IMG/VR virus record: IMGVR_UViG_3300025108_000004
Location: 1-60,188 of that record
DNA from: a virus
Taxonomy: Duplodnaviria > Caudoviricetes
Length of the DNA stretch: 60,188 nucleotides
Strand: one strand, 5' to 3'
Shown: piece after piece, positions 22,156 through 31,428 of the stretch
How the letters are laid out: each line of letters opens with the position of its first letter
Numbering within the stretch: the stretch's first letter is position 1
Notes under the pieces: model-generated
What the model was told of the DNA's origin: nothing
Seen by the model: only the letters and a program-made list of their open reading frames with translations
Database searches by the model: none
Position numbers and translations under genes: made by a program

Positions 22156-22749
22156 TTATACGCCAGTCGTGTTGTCGTACTGGTGACCTGCGTTCCACTT
22201 AACGTAAGCCTCAGTAAAACCACCCGAGCTGTTTTTAGTTTCCCCAACCAAACCGACAATGCGGAAAGGGAGGGTGTTAGTTGTAGCACTTGTGTCAGAA
22301 ATCGCGCAACGAGAGTTGCCTGAAGTCGAATCACCAGTGTTGTCTACACCTGCGACGTTAGCACCGATATCAGTCTGTGCAAGGTCACCGATAGTTGTAC
22401 CCGAAGATACGACAGCGGCCTTGAACAAAACGTCAGTTGCATCAACAACATATGCTTCGATGTCAGATGCAACAGTGCTAGCGGGGTATGACTGTCGGAA
22501 CACCTTATAACCGAGGTTAGGATCGGTGTATGTACAGCCAAGGAAAACACCCACAGGTGTCATGGCGGCGTCAAACGTATCACGCTCGACAGTGCCTCCG
22601 GTAACGAGCTTCACAGCATCCCCATAAAAAATCGCTGTGTTATAGCCACTTGCAATCTTGAAGTGACGAGTAACACCTACGAAAGGAGAGCCGCTCAACA
22701 GTTTTACCGGAACAAGTCCATAAGGACCACTTACAGTAGGATAAGCCAT
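22156..22749 (-). CDS. Putative capsid decoration/cement protein
   Basis: 197 aa, beta-rich, immediately upstream of the capsid gene. Confidence 0.55.
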   Translation of the reverse strand: MAYPTVSGPYGLVPVKLLSGSPFVGVTRHFKIASGYNTAIFYGDAVKLVTGGTVERDTFDAAMTPVGVFLGCTYTDPNLGYKVFRQSYPASTVASDIEAYVVDATDVLFKAAVVSSGTTIGDLAQTDIGANVAGVDNTGDSTSGNSRCAISDTSATTNTLPFRIVGLVGETKNSSGGFTEAYVKWNAGHQYDNTTGV

Positions 22750-22763
22750 TTTAAGCTCCTATA

Positions 22764-23216
22764 TTAAGTTCCGTTACCAAAAGTGACCTTCGTCTTTCTC
22801 TCATGGAAGAGAGGCATACGAGGATCGTTCTCTCGCATGAGGTTGTTGTCTACAGATTCCATCTGGGAACGTGTCTGCTGTTTGTAGTAGTCAGTACGTT
22901 CTTCGATGAGTTCGACCGGAGCTTTGCACAGTAACAAACCACCAATCACAACGTTGTCTTTGAACCTATCGTTCTCAATGGTGACCAACGTAATTTCTGG
23001 ATGATCTGAAGCCTTTACTGGCTCCCAACCTTCACGCAGTTTGGAAGAAACATTTGTGGCGTCAGTCGTACCTTGCGAACTGACTCTTATCCAGCGGAAT
23101 TCATACCCCGGCTCGGGATTAGGTGAGGGTAGTACCTCGGGGCGCGTCCAAGCCTTTTTGCGGGTCGTCTTTTCACGAGATTTAAGCTCTCGGTCTATAC
23201 GATTCTCAGCCATCAT
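22764..23216 (-). CDS. Conserved head-module hypothetical protein
   Basis: 150 aa (FRWIR...KLREGWEPV...GGLLLCK). Confidence 0.7.
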   Translation of the reverse strand: MMAENRIDRELKSREKTTRKKAWTRPEVLPSPNPEPGYEFRWIRVSSQGTTDATNVSSKLREGWEPVKASDHPEITLVTIENDRFKDNVVIGGLLLCKAPVELIEERTDYYKQQTRSQMESVDNNLMRENDPRMPLFHERKTKVTFGNGT

Positions 23217-24223
23217 TGTTTCCTCATATCTAATGCAACCTGTTTGGCGTACTGTTCTGGGGTAAGACCCAAGCGTTTTGCCAACGTTAACTGTGTTTGC
23301 GTGAGCCTAATTTTCTTAGGCGCTGTGCTCCGCGTAGCGGGGGCAACCACATTGTTGGATCTTCGTCTTACCTCCGGTTCATCCTCGAAGTTCTCGGGGA
23401 ATACCTCTCGCATACGAGTATTAATTCGCTCGTAGTAATCGTCAGTTTGAGGGTCTACACCCTCTTTGACAAGCCTATTATGCAACCCTAGGGCGAAACT
23501 TGTCATTTCTTCATCTTCATTAAACCACGGATTCTCTTTTTGCCAAGTCCGTGTCTTTTCGTCAATTTGGATAGGCTGTGGAGCAGATTCCTGCTCAGGA
23601 CTATCAACGGGTAGCGTATACTCTTCTTGAGGCAGTTTAAACTCTTCGAGCTTATCAGCCTTGATCTTTGCTGTTGACAACCTATCCTGCGCCGCCAAAA
23701 CCTTGTCAGAGTCACCCGCATCGTACGCACGTTTGTAAGCGCGTTTAGCGGCATTGATCTCTGCTTCAGCCGACTTCTTGGCGTTCTCAAGCAGAGCCGT
23801 CTGACTCTTGTGTTCGCTATCCTTGAGCTTCTTGTTCTCTTCAACAAGGCGTTGAGATAACCGTTCTAGCTCTTCACGTTCTCTAAGCGCCTTCTCTTTC
23901 TCTCGACGCTCATCATGATATCCCTTGCTAAAGTGTTGAATACGTCGCCGAACTTTCTCGGAGTAATCCTCCAGTTCTTCTTCCGTAACATCTTCGGGCG
24001 GGTCTGAAGGTTTTCGGTTGCGGTCGGCCTTCGGCGTATCGTCAACCACCTCAATCTCAAATCCGTCATCAGAAGAATCCGCCTCGCTTGGAGCCGGTGC
24101 TTCAGGTTTTTTACCTTTAGTATCAATGGTCTCTGCACTTGAACCCTCGACCTCGATAGTTAAATTTTTCTCGCTCCCGTTTTCATCATGCGGAAACTCG
24201 AACTCTACTTTCTGAAAAGGCAT
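23213..24223 (-). CDS. Putative capsid scaffolding protein
   Basis: Acidic N-terminus, coiled coil, NPWF motif and C-terminal AKRLGLTPEQYAK; lies between portal and capsid. Confidence 0.7.
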   Translation of the reverse strand: MPFQKVEFEFPHDENGSEKNLTIEVEGSSAETIDTKGKKPEAPAPSEADSSDDGFEIEVVDDTPKADRNRKPSDPPEDVTEEELEDYSEKVRRRIQHFSKGYHDERREKEKALREREELERLSQRLVEENKKLKDSEHKSQTALLENAKKSAEAEINAAKRAYKRAYDAGDSDKVLAAQDRLSTAKIKADKLEEFKLPQEEYTLPVDSPEQESAPQPIQIDEKTRTWQKENPWFNEDEEMTSFALGLHNRLVKEGVDPQTDDYYERINTRMREVFPENFEDEPEVRRRSNNVVAPATRSTAPKKIRLTQTQLTLAKRLGLTPEQYAKQVALDMRKQ

Positions 24224-24233
24224 TGTCTATCTC

Positions 24234-24638
24234 CTATACTGCCATGATCCCACGGGGATCAGGAATTACGGCTTCAATAGAGTCATCGTTCATCAAACGA
24301 AACTCTTTGCCATTGACCGTGAACCGTGTGCCGGTGTTCATACGAAACATCACGTAGTCACCTTCCTTACACCACGGACCTTCAGGGAACCGTTCTTTAT
24401 CCCCATAAGCACCTTCACCCATGTCTATGACAACACCCATAATCGACAGGATGTACTCCTTTTGTTTGGAGTTGGTGGTCTTGAGAAGGCCCCCGTCGTA
24501 GAACTCTTCTACTTCAGGTAGCGCGATAAGTAAGCGGTATCCAGCAGGTTTTGGGAGTTGTTGTTCCCAGTCAACATCGGAGATTTCTTTCTTTGGAGCA
24601 TCAGGCAATTTTAGCGGCTGAGTGTTAGTCATCATCAT
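24234..24638 (-). CDS. groES: Co-chaperonin GroES-like protein
   Basis: KPAGYRLLI...GVVIDMG...CKEGDYVMF...GKEFRLMNDDSIEAVI matches the Cpn10 pattern. Confidence 0.8.
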   Translation of the reverse strand: MMMTNTQPLKLPDAPKKEISDVDWEQQLPKPAGYRLLIALPEVEEFYDGGLLKTTNSKQKEYILSIMGVVIDMGEGAYGDKERFPEGPWCKEGDYVMFRMNTGTRFTVNGKEFRLMNDDSIEAVIPDPRGIMAV

Positions 24639-24822
24639 TGTCCATAAAGTTACGCGAGAGGTCTTCTATGATTAATTTTGCGGACTCCAGACCCCGAATA
24701 AGTCCAACAACTTCTCTGTAGCTGGCGTAATCTTGTGGGACACCCCCCGCTACGAAAGTATGTGCAGACGAGACTTGCTCGTCGATTTTATCTGTAAGCA
24801 CGTCAAAGACGGTTTTAGGCAT
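24625..24822 (-). CDS. Hypothetical protein
   Basis: 65 aa between portal and GroES (DYASYREVVGLIRGL). Confidence 0.7.
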   Translation of the reverse strand: MPKTVFDVLTDKIDEQVSSAHTFVAGGVPQDYASYREVVGLIRGLESAKLIIEDLSRNFMDNDDD

Positions 24823-24830
24823 TACTCACC

Positions 24831-27245
24831 TCATTTTGGTTGATCCGATAATTTCGCTAATTCAAGATCGAGCCGCGCGGCATCTTGTTGCGCGTCCATC
24901 TGAAGTTCTTGTTGGTCCAGTTTGAGTTTCTCTGCATCCAACATGGCGTCCATCTGATCCTTCTGCATTTTGCGTTGCAGTTCAGCTTGTTTGAGCTGAG
25001 AATCTTGCTGGTCTTTCGCGGCCTTGCGCTGGACTTCCTGCGCTCTGAGTTGCAAATCAGCCTGCTTCTGTTGCATGACAGGATCTTTGGCTTGTTGTTG
25101 AGCTTGCTGTGCGGCGGCTTTCTGCTTGTTACCTTGCATGAGCTGTGCACCTGCATCAGCTACGAGGCGCGACAACTCCACCTCGATCTGCTCTGGTAGC
25201 TCTTCGCCGGGTGGTGGGAGCGGTGCCCCCAACTTCTCTTCGATATCTTGGCGATACTTGAACCCAAGGTGTTCCGCGATGTGCGCTTGTAGAGACGCCA
25301 TGATTCGCTTGGCTTGAGGGTTTTGTCCGATCATAGCCGCAATCGAGGGATCCTGCATAAAGGATGTATGCGCCGCGATGTGAGCTTGATGGTCTTGGTA
25401 GATAAACGCACGTAGGGGTTTGCCCGTTAGTGCGTCCATATTTTCGCTGACCGGATCGGTCGGTTTTGCGTCGTCCTTTGTGGGGACCAGCTTGTCGGCG
25501 TTTTTGACGCCTAGTACCTCAATCATCTGCCTGTGTAGCTGTGGCAGATCGTAGATCTGAGGCGCGGCTTGTGCCATCTGCAATACCGCTTGGTACTGTA
25601 CGACTCGCTGGGCCATAGTGGATGAGTTCGGGTCGCTGACGGGGATCACATCCACCATCGCATAATCCATCTGACGCGCGCTCACCTCACCACGGATCGG
25701 CTCATAGCCGTACTCCTGCGAGGCGTACTCCGCCATGATCTCCTTGAGCATCTTGAACTCTTGCTTCATGGCGTAGTGGACACGTGCCTGTACTGCCGCC
25801 ATTGGCTTGAGAGTTCGCTCTAGGAGCGCGAGGGTTGTGCCTACAGGCGCATTAGCCGACATGTCAGAGATGTTCATGTCAGAGATAGCACCCAGACGAC
25901 GCCCTTCGTTCGTAATCTGATTCAGAAGCGCAAGCAGTGTCTGGCTTGGCTCCTTGTAGGGAAGTGGCATGATGTTGTCGCGGATAGAGCCGCTGGGTAC
26001 ATCAACGTCCTTAAACTCACCGGGTTCTATCGGTGTGTCATCACCCTTGATTCGTAGGCCACGAGACTTGAGTCCACCGGGCAGGTTAGACAGCGTACCA
26101 GCGTCCACCAACTGCCGTATGAGCGACGTTCCCGCCTTGGCGTATCCCCCGATAATGTGGATCAATCCAAGGCCGTAGAAGCCAAATCCGGGGACGTAAA
26201 CGTAGTGTACGAAGTGCTGACGCTTGAGCTGTAGCGGGTCTATCTCGTTCCAGTTTCTGCGTATCGCTAGGATCTCACCGCTACCACGCTCGATAGTCAC
26301 CACGTATGGCTTGGCGATGTCGTCCTCTGAGTCATCCAGACCTTCGATGACCATATCCACGTGCACTTCATACAACGCATAGCGGTTGTCATCTGTGAGT
26401 GAGAACCCACCTTCTTCTGCCTTACGCTCCTCAATATCAGAGTGGTAGGGCTGTGGCTCGTTCAGCTCGATGTCACGATAGAACCCAGCCGCCTGTAGCT
26501 TACGCAACTCGTTCTTAGTCTTACGCATAACATGCGTTACACGCTCCGCAGTCTCGATGTGACTTGCGCCGTAAGGCACGATAACGTCTTCTGCGGGGAT
26601 ATAGATAGCCGCCTGACGTCCCATATTAGGGTCGTAGTAAACCTTCTTAAACGCCGAACCAGAGAGTCCTAGGCTATATAAGAGTCGCTCGTGCTCAGGT
26701 CTGTACTCGACCATACGCTCCGTCAACTCGTAGTTCATGTCCGCTTTAACGCGTTGAGCGGCCTCTTCTTTCTCTTTAGACTCTTCCCCCAGAATCTTAA
26801 CTTTTACAGGACCGGCGGCAGGAAACGTTTCTGACATGGTTTCGGCTTGAAACCGGATAGCCGCTTCCGCCAAGACTGTAGAATAGACGCCACACGCGCC
26901 TTCCCACGGGTCAGTACGCTCTTCGTACTTAAAGCCCAGCACATCCAGACCCTTTACAAAGGTGTCAGCCCACTCTTTACGGCCGTCAATGTCTGACTCA
27001 ATCAGGCCAGTCAGCTCACTCGATATCTCTTGTAGATGTGATTCGTCCAGTACCTCGGCAAGGTTGATGTCAAACGCCATCATGTCCTCGATACCCGCAT
27101 CAGGGATCAAGGTGATCTCCATCGACCCGTCGTCGAGGATGACCGCTTCAGGGTCAATGATCTCAATTTCTAGTTCAGACCCTTCCTGTTCAGCGATCTC
27201 ATCCATGCCTTCTGGCGCAGAGTACATTCCTTTTTCTATAGCCAT
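24831..27245 (-). CDS. Portal protein
   Basis: 804 aa after TerL. GSAFKKVYYD, GFYGLGL and a Q-rich C-terminal coiled coil resemble P22-type barrel portals. Confidence 0.85.
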   Translation of the reverse strand: MAIEKGMYSAPEGMDEIAEQEGSELEIEIIDPEAVILDDGSMEITLIPDAGIEDMMAFDINLAEVLDESHLQEISSELTGLIESDIDGRKEWADTFVKGLDVLGFKYEERTDPWEGACGVYSTVLAEAAIRFQAETMSETFPAAGPVKVKILGEESKEKEEAAQRVKADMNYELTERMVEYRPEHERLLYSLGLSGSAFKKVYYDPNMGRQAAIYIPAEDVIVPYGASHIETAERVTHVMRKTKNELRKLQAAGFYRDIELNEPQPYHSDIEERKAEEGGFSLTDDNRYALYEVHVDMVIEGLDDSEDDIAKPYVVTIERGSGEILAIRRNWNEIDPLQLKRQHFVHYVYVPGFGFYGLGLIHIIGGYAKAGTSLIRQLVDAGTLSNLPGGLKSRGLRIKGDDTPIEPGEFKDVDVPSGSIRDNIMPLPYKEPSQTLLALLNQITNEGRRLGAISDMNISDMSANAPVGTTLALLERTLKPMAAVQARVHYAMKQEFKMLKEIMAEYASQEYGYEPIRGEVSARQMDYAMVDVIPVSDPNSSTMAQRVVQYQAVLQMAQAAPQIYDLPQLHRQMIEVLGVKNADKLVPTKDDAKPTDPVSENMDALTGKPLRAFIYQDHQAHIAAHTSFMQDPSIAAMIGQNPQAKRIMASLQAHIAEHLGFKYRQDIEEKLGAPLPPPGEELPEQIEVELSRLVADAGAQLMQGNKQKAAAQQAQQQAKDPVMQQKQADLQLRAQEVQRKAAKDQQDSQLKQAELQRKMQKDQMDAMLDAEKLKLDQQELQMDAQQDAARLDLELAKLSDQPK

Positions 27246-27256
27246 GTCCTAGCCTC

Positions 27257-28810
27257 TTAATAATACCCGCCACTTCGACGTTTAAAGTACCGTGGTTCAT
27301 CTGGTTCGTCTGTGGGCAAGCGGATAAATCCTCCCTGCCTGAATCGCATCAGGGCCATCACCGTTGAGTCCACGAGGTCATCATGGCTCATAAACGGAAA
27401 TCCAGCAATTTCTTCTACCACTTCTTCCGCCCACCGCGTCGGTGGTACCCACACTAACTCTGACGCCACAATGTCCGCAACAGAGTTCAACCGTGCCATC
27501 TTATCACCTGAGCCACGGTGCGGTGTGTATTCTGACACAGGCAGGCCCATCCGTCGCATCTCTTGATACAGCGCCGTACCAGCAGACTTCTTCTCCACAA
27601 TAAACGCATCGGGGTCCCAGTCCTGATACTCCTCCATCGCCATCTGTTTCAGCTCAGGAAACTCCATCCGCTTCTTAATACTGTTCAGCAGGATGACGTT
27701 ATAGGCGCTAGTCTCCTCGTTGAGGAACACCCCCCACGTCGTCAGTGCGGTGTAATCGGCACGGTTATGGGTCTCTGCCGCCGCGTCCAGCGACATAATG
27801 ATGTACTCACACGGGGGCGGATTGTCCTGTTCCCACATGTTCCACCACTCACGTTTGACGATTGACGCCTCTTCTGCGGTGGGTTGTTGCTGATACTGCG
27901 CGTTCCACTGGAACGTCGGCATAGATGCCTTGGTACGCAGGAGCGCCTCAAGGTCAAAGAACTCAGGCCACAGGGGTTTCTCGACGTACTTCTTCGTCTT
28001 CTTGTTCTGGACCTCTAGGATCGCAGGGAACTCCACCACCTCGTACTGGTCAGCACGCGCATTCTTAGACATGTCGTTTGTCACACGCCCTGTCAGATCG
28101 TCCATGTGCCAGCGTGTCTGGATAATGGCTACCCGTCCACCGGGCATCAAACGGGTTCTAGCACCGAAGGTAAACCACTCGTATGCCTTCTCGAATACCT
28201 CGAAGTTGCCATTGATGACGTCTTGCTCAGAGTGAGGGTCATCGACCAGAAGTAAATCGGCACCGCGACCAGCAAGAGCACTACCAATACCACACGCGTA
28301 GTATTCGCCGCCGACGTTCGTGTTCCATCTACCTGCTGACTTACTATCCTGTGCGAGTGACGTGGTAGGAAATACACTTTTATACTGATCCGTAGCAATT
28401 AGGTTACGTACTTTTCGGCCAAAATCCACGGCCAGATCCGTGGTGTGGGACACCATCATGACCTTTTTATTGGGATTTCGACCCAAAAACCACGCTGGGT
28501 AGAAGATAGAAACAAGCTGAGATTTGCCGTGGCGAGGGGGTATATTGACGCAAACACGGTCTTTATCGCCCGATTCAATCGCCATCAGCATGTCTGCCAG
28601 TATCCGGTGATGCTTACCTACGATGAACTCAGGCATCATAAGCTGGCAAAACGCGATCAGATCGTTGTATGCGGCCTTATTCTCCTTCCTCGCGGACAAT
28701 TCACCCGTGATTTTCTCTATTTCAGCGATCTCGTCGGCGGAAAACGCCTCCAGATTGTCTAATAGCGTCTGTATGTCCTCGTCTGAGAAGTCCAACGCTG
28801 GTTCAGCCAT
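27257..28810 (-). CDS. terL: Terminase large subunit
   Basis: Walker A PPRHGKS, Walker B LLLVDDP, QTRWH coupling motif, nuclease HDDLVDS. Confidence 0.95.
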   Translation of the reverse strand: MAEPALDFSDEDIQTLLDNLEAFSADEIAEIEKITGELSARKENKAAYNDLIAFCQLMMPEFIVGKHHRILADMLMAIESGDKDRVCVNIPPRHGKSQLVSIFYPAWFLGRNPNKKVMMVSHTTDLAVDFGRKVRNLIATDQYKSVFPTTSLAQDSKSAGRWNTNVGGEYYACGIGSALAGRGADLLLVDDPHSEQDVINGNFEVFEKAYEWFTFGARTRLMPGGRVAIIQTRWHMDDLTGRVTNDMSKNARADQYEVVEFPAILEVQNKKTKKYVEKPLWPEFFDLEALLRTKASMPTFQWNAQYQQQPTAEEASIVKREWWNMWEQDNPPPCEYIIMSLDAAAETHNRADYTALTTWGVFLNEETSAYNVILLNSIKKRMEFPELKQMAMEEYQDWDPDAFIVEKKSAGTALYQEMRRMGLPVSEYTPHRGSGDKMARLNSVADIVASELVWVPPTRWAEEVVEEIAGFPFMSHDDLVDSTVMALMRFRQGGFIRLPTDEPDEPRYFKRRSGGYY

Positions 28811-29396
28811 CCGTTAACCCCAATTCTTCGTCCACATCAATGGAATCACCGTCAATAATGACCGCATCTTCGGCTTCTTCGTCGGGTTTTATGATTTTTT
28901 CTAGCTTTGCACGCAGGCTCTCGCGCAATTCGTCCGTTGTTTTGTGGGTTATGGTGACTTCAGCCTTCTCTGTGAACAGACCTACGTCCGAAATCTTACC
29001 CAACAGCTCCAATGCACGGATTCTGACGCGTGGGTCAGGGTTCTCAGTCTCTTCAATTAGCTTATTGGTCACCAGATGACGCACTTGGGTGGCACTTTCA
29101 ACCACTGAATGGCCGAACTGGGTCAATATTCCGTGTGTTGCCATCAATGCGGCAGGGGGTAACGACGATGCACGCTTGGCACTCACCTTTTTAGACGTCT
29201 TGTCGGGGTCATCTGCGTAGGCCAAAGTCAATTTGGCGGCAATATCGTTGTCTTCTGCGGTCGGTTCCACCTCTAGCCCGTGTTCAGAGAGCATAGCGGC
29301 GGTGTTACTCGCGGCTTCTACGCGAGTCCGAAGATCAAGATTAGGAGCTTTCTCTGAAATCGCTACACCGACTTCAGGTTCGATCTCTAGAGACAT
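28803..29396 (-). CDS. Putative terminase small subunit
   Basis: 197 aa overlapping the TerL start; RIRALELLGK helix. Confidence 0.6.
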   Translation of the reverse strand: MSLEIEPEVGVAISEKAPNLDLRTRVEAASNTAAMLSEHGLEVEPTAEDNDIAAKLTLAYADDPDKTSKKVSAKRASSLPPAALMATHGILTQFGHSVVESATQVRHLVTNKLIEETENPDPRVRIRALELLGKISDVGLFTEKAEVTITHKTTDELRESLRAKLEKIIKPDEEAEDAVIIDGDSIDVDEELGLTDG

Positions 29397-29530
29397 ACTG
29401 TTTCCGCAGGTTTGTTAACCGTTGGTGGCAATTTATACCAAACTCAAAATTTTTACGCAAAAAATTTTTGCTACGCCGATTTTAAAAGAGACGGGGGGTG
29501 TTCCCTATATAGAGGGGGTGGGGGAGCTCC

Positions 29531-29589
29531 AACTCAAAAACGGGTAAAGCCCGAACTCAAAAATGGGTAAAGCCCGAACTCAAAAATGG
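29531..29589. repeat. 23-bp tandem repeat (2.5 copies) in the divergent intergenic region
   Basis: AACTCAAAAAYGGGTAAAGCCCG at 29531 and 29554, partial at 29577. Confidence 0.9.
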
Positions 29590-29857
29590 ACTCTAAGTTT
29601 GTGGAAATTAGTAATATATAGGTGATACAGAGTCACGAGCTGACGTCGGGGTCATAGGGGGGCGGTACCCCATCGGATATCACGATTTGCTACGCGTACT
29701 AACATAACACCATAAAAATAAACCGCGCGTTGCTATATCCCTTGATTTGTTATCACATGATACGGTTTAATGGCTCTGCCTTCAGGGGAAACCCTATCGG
29801 CGCAATCGGTAGTCCGCGGACTACCACATTCTTTTAATCACTTAGGGAAACAGTGAT

Positions 29858-30499
29858 ATGAACGATTCAATCGTAACCCGCTCGTTAAATTCAGAATTGA
29901 GCACTCTGATCACCAAATCTACTGCGGCTGATTTACGCAGTGAGGAACAGCGTTTCGCACTGCTGTGCAGTATGAAAGACGCCGGTTTCGAGTTTGCTAT
30001 TAACGTGAAAGCGTACGACCCCGAGGCCAACCCGCTCGGTGCTACTAAACCCGAACGTGAATTCCTACGGGATGCGGTGATAAAGGGTTTACCGAAACAC
30101 GCGCAAGAAATCCTCGCACTAGGTAAAGCGGGGATGAAGAGAAAGACGGACTGCGCTTCCGTAAAGAAATCGGAATTGACTACTGGCAATTGGGTTTACT
30201 GGAATAAACAACCCGCCTCACGGCTTAGTAAAATCGCGGCCAAATTGGACTCAGTTGTATGGTCCGATGAATTGCCAGTGTTCAAGAATGGTGAGGCAGT
30301 CGAAGATGAGTTCACATCTGGGTGGGTATATGAAAAAGACCTACCCAATAGCGGTGATGCTCAGACTCCTAAAACCTCTAGGACAAAAATTCTAGAGGCG
30401 CTCGCTAAAGCGGTAGCGATCTGCGAGAAGGATGAAACGCCCGACTACGATGCCACTAGCATCAAAAAGGCCATCAACGCAGTGATCAAATCACTCTAA
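29858..30499 (+). CDS. Hypothetical protein, first gene of the rightward arm
   Basis: 213-aa ORF preceded by a palindrome and AGGGA, followed by a terminator. Confidence 0.8.
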   Translation: MNDSIVTRSLNSELSTLITKSTAADLRSEEQRFALLCSMKDAGFEFAINVKAYDPEANPLGATKPEREFLRDAVIKGLPKHAQEILALGKAGMKRKTDCASVKKSELTTGNWVYWNKQPASRLSKIAAKLDSVVWSDELPVFKNGEAVEDEFTSGWVYEKDLPNSGDAQTPKTSRTKILEALAKAVAICEKDETPDYDATSIKKAINAVIKSL

Positions 30500-30505
30500 C
30501 CCATC

Positions 30506-30530
30506 GGGCCCTTCGGGGCCCTTTCTTTTT
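30506..30530 (+). terminator. Intrinsic terminator
   Basis: GGGCCC-TTCG-GGGCCC then TTTCTTTTT. Confidence 0.9.
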
Positions 30531-30543
30531 GAGGTAACACGTT

Positions 30544-30711
30544 ATGTCTATATTGATGGTTCTCTTAATTATATTCGCGGCAGTGTCTGTTCTATCCACC
30601 ATGATGGCACTGCTAAATTTTATGTGGGTCACCGCTCTGATATCGGCAGTGCTCAGTGTATCCCTATTGACCGGTATCGACTCACTGGCCCGCTACATAA
30701 ATGCACGTTAA
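30544..30711 (+). CDS. 55-aa two-helix membrane protein not in the ORF track
   Basis: Manual translation MSILMVLLIIFAAVSVLSTMMALLNFMWVTALISAVLSVSLLTGIDSLARYINAR*; GAGG RBS at 30531. Confidence 0.65.
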   Translation: MSILMVLLIIFAAVSVLSTMMALLNFMWVTALISAVLSVSLLTGIDSLARYINAR

Positions 30712-30715
30712 CACC

Positions 30716-30737
30716 AACCCGCTTCGGCGGGTTTTTT
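30716..30737 (+). terminator. Intrinsic terminator
   Basis: AACCCGC-TTCG-GCGGGTT with a T run. Confidence 0.9.
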
Positions 30738-30749
30738 GTGCCCGTCGTT

Positions 30750-30930
30750 TGATACCAGTTATATCCGTTGCGCCGAGCCTCATCGCGTTGCGCCTTGTGA
30801 TGCCAGTTAATGATGTCGCGCCGAGCCTCACGTGTTATCACGTATGCGTGACGTGGGCCCGGGTCCGGGGTAAATGGTAGTCCGTGGACTACCAAGTTGA
30901 GACCAGTTATAGATGTCGCGCCGAGCCTCA
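30750..30930. repeat. Three imperfect 33-bp direct repeats TGAnnCCAGTTA...GCGCCGAGCCTCA
   Basis: Copies at 30750-30782, 30798-30830 and 30898-30930. Confidence 0.9.
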
Positions 30931-30984
30931 CCCTGACGTGTTGCCACGTATAGGCACGTGGTAGCACGTCATGACACAAAAACA

Positions 30985-31373
30985 TAATGTTCGTTTTTTC
31001 TTTTGTAATGTTCGCGGTAATGTTCGTAATGTTCGGCTAATGTTCGCTTTTTTTAGAGCATGTGCGAACATTATATTTTCGTGGCAAATGATGAGCGCGA
31101 ACGCGCAAGGTTGCCAATTCTTGCCTATCAAAACTTTACATATCTTATCAATCTATCAATCTATCTATAATGTTCGTTTTTTAGAAAATTACACGCTTCT
31201 GTAAACGTAACACTAATTCTATTGTTCGTTTTCCAGTCGTTCGAGAGAACTCTCTCAGGGTAGCTCTTATCTCCGTCAAAAAGCGAACATTAGAACATTA
31301 CTTGTAAATCAAAAACTTACGCCATTTCAAAAACGAACATTACAAGAACAATACACAATACAACAGAACATTA
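30985..31373. repeat. Iteron-like array of TAATGTTCG / CGAACATTA nonamers in an AT-rich region (candidate origin)
   Basis: Direct copies at 30985, 31006, 31018, 31027, 31038 and 31168; inverted copies at 31065, 31284 and 31334; variants at 31220, 31292, 31345 and 31365. The origin function is inferred. Confidence 0.75.
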
Positions 31374-31399
31374 CACTTCTACCCACGTTTTGTAATAAC

Positions 31400-31428
31400 T
31401 TGACATCATCTGTCACTTATGAGATAAT
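31400..31428 (+). promoter_or_regulatory. Sigma70-type promoter for the early operon
   Basis: TTGACA-17 bp-GATAAT with a TGn extended -10. Confidence 0.8.

Noticed and set aside
30750-30930. 33-bp repeats as a mini CRISPR array
   Set aside because: The repeats vary internally, the gaps are 15 and 67 bp rather than uniform, and there is no cas operon. The Cas4-like nuclease at 39246 sits in an ordinary replication module.
30653-31204. Short ORFs across the repeat and nonamer region
   Set aside because: No clear RBS, and the translations simply mirror the DNA repeats (e.g. NVR repeats).
31031-31349. Alphaproteobacterial LexA boxes (GTTC-N7-GTTC at 31031-31045; GAAC-N7-GAAC at 31335-31349)
   Set aside because: Both arise from neighbouring nonamer repeats whose spacing varies (5, 7, 8 bp), so N7 may be incidental. 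Not called without host information.
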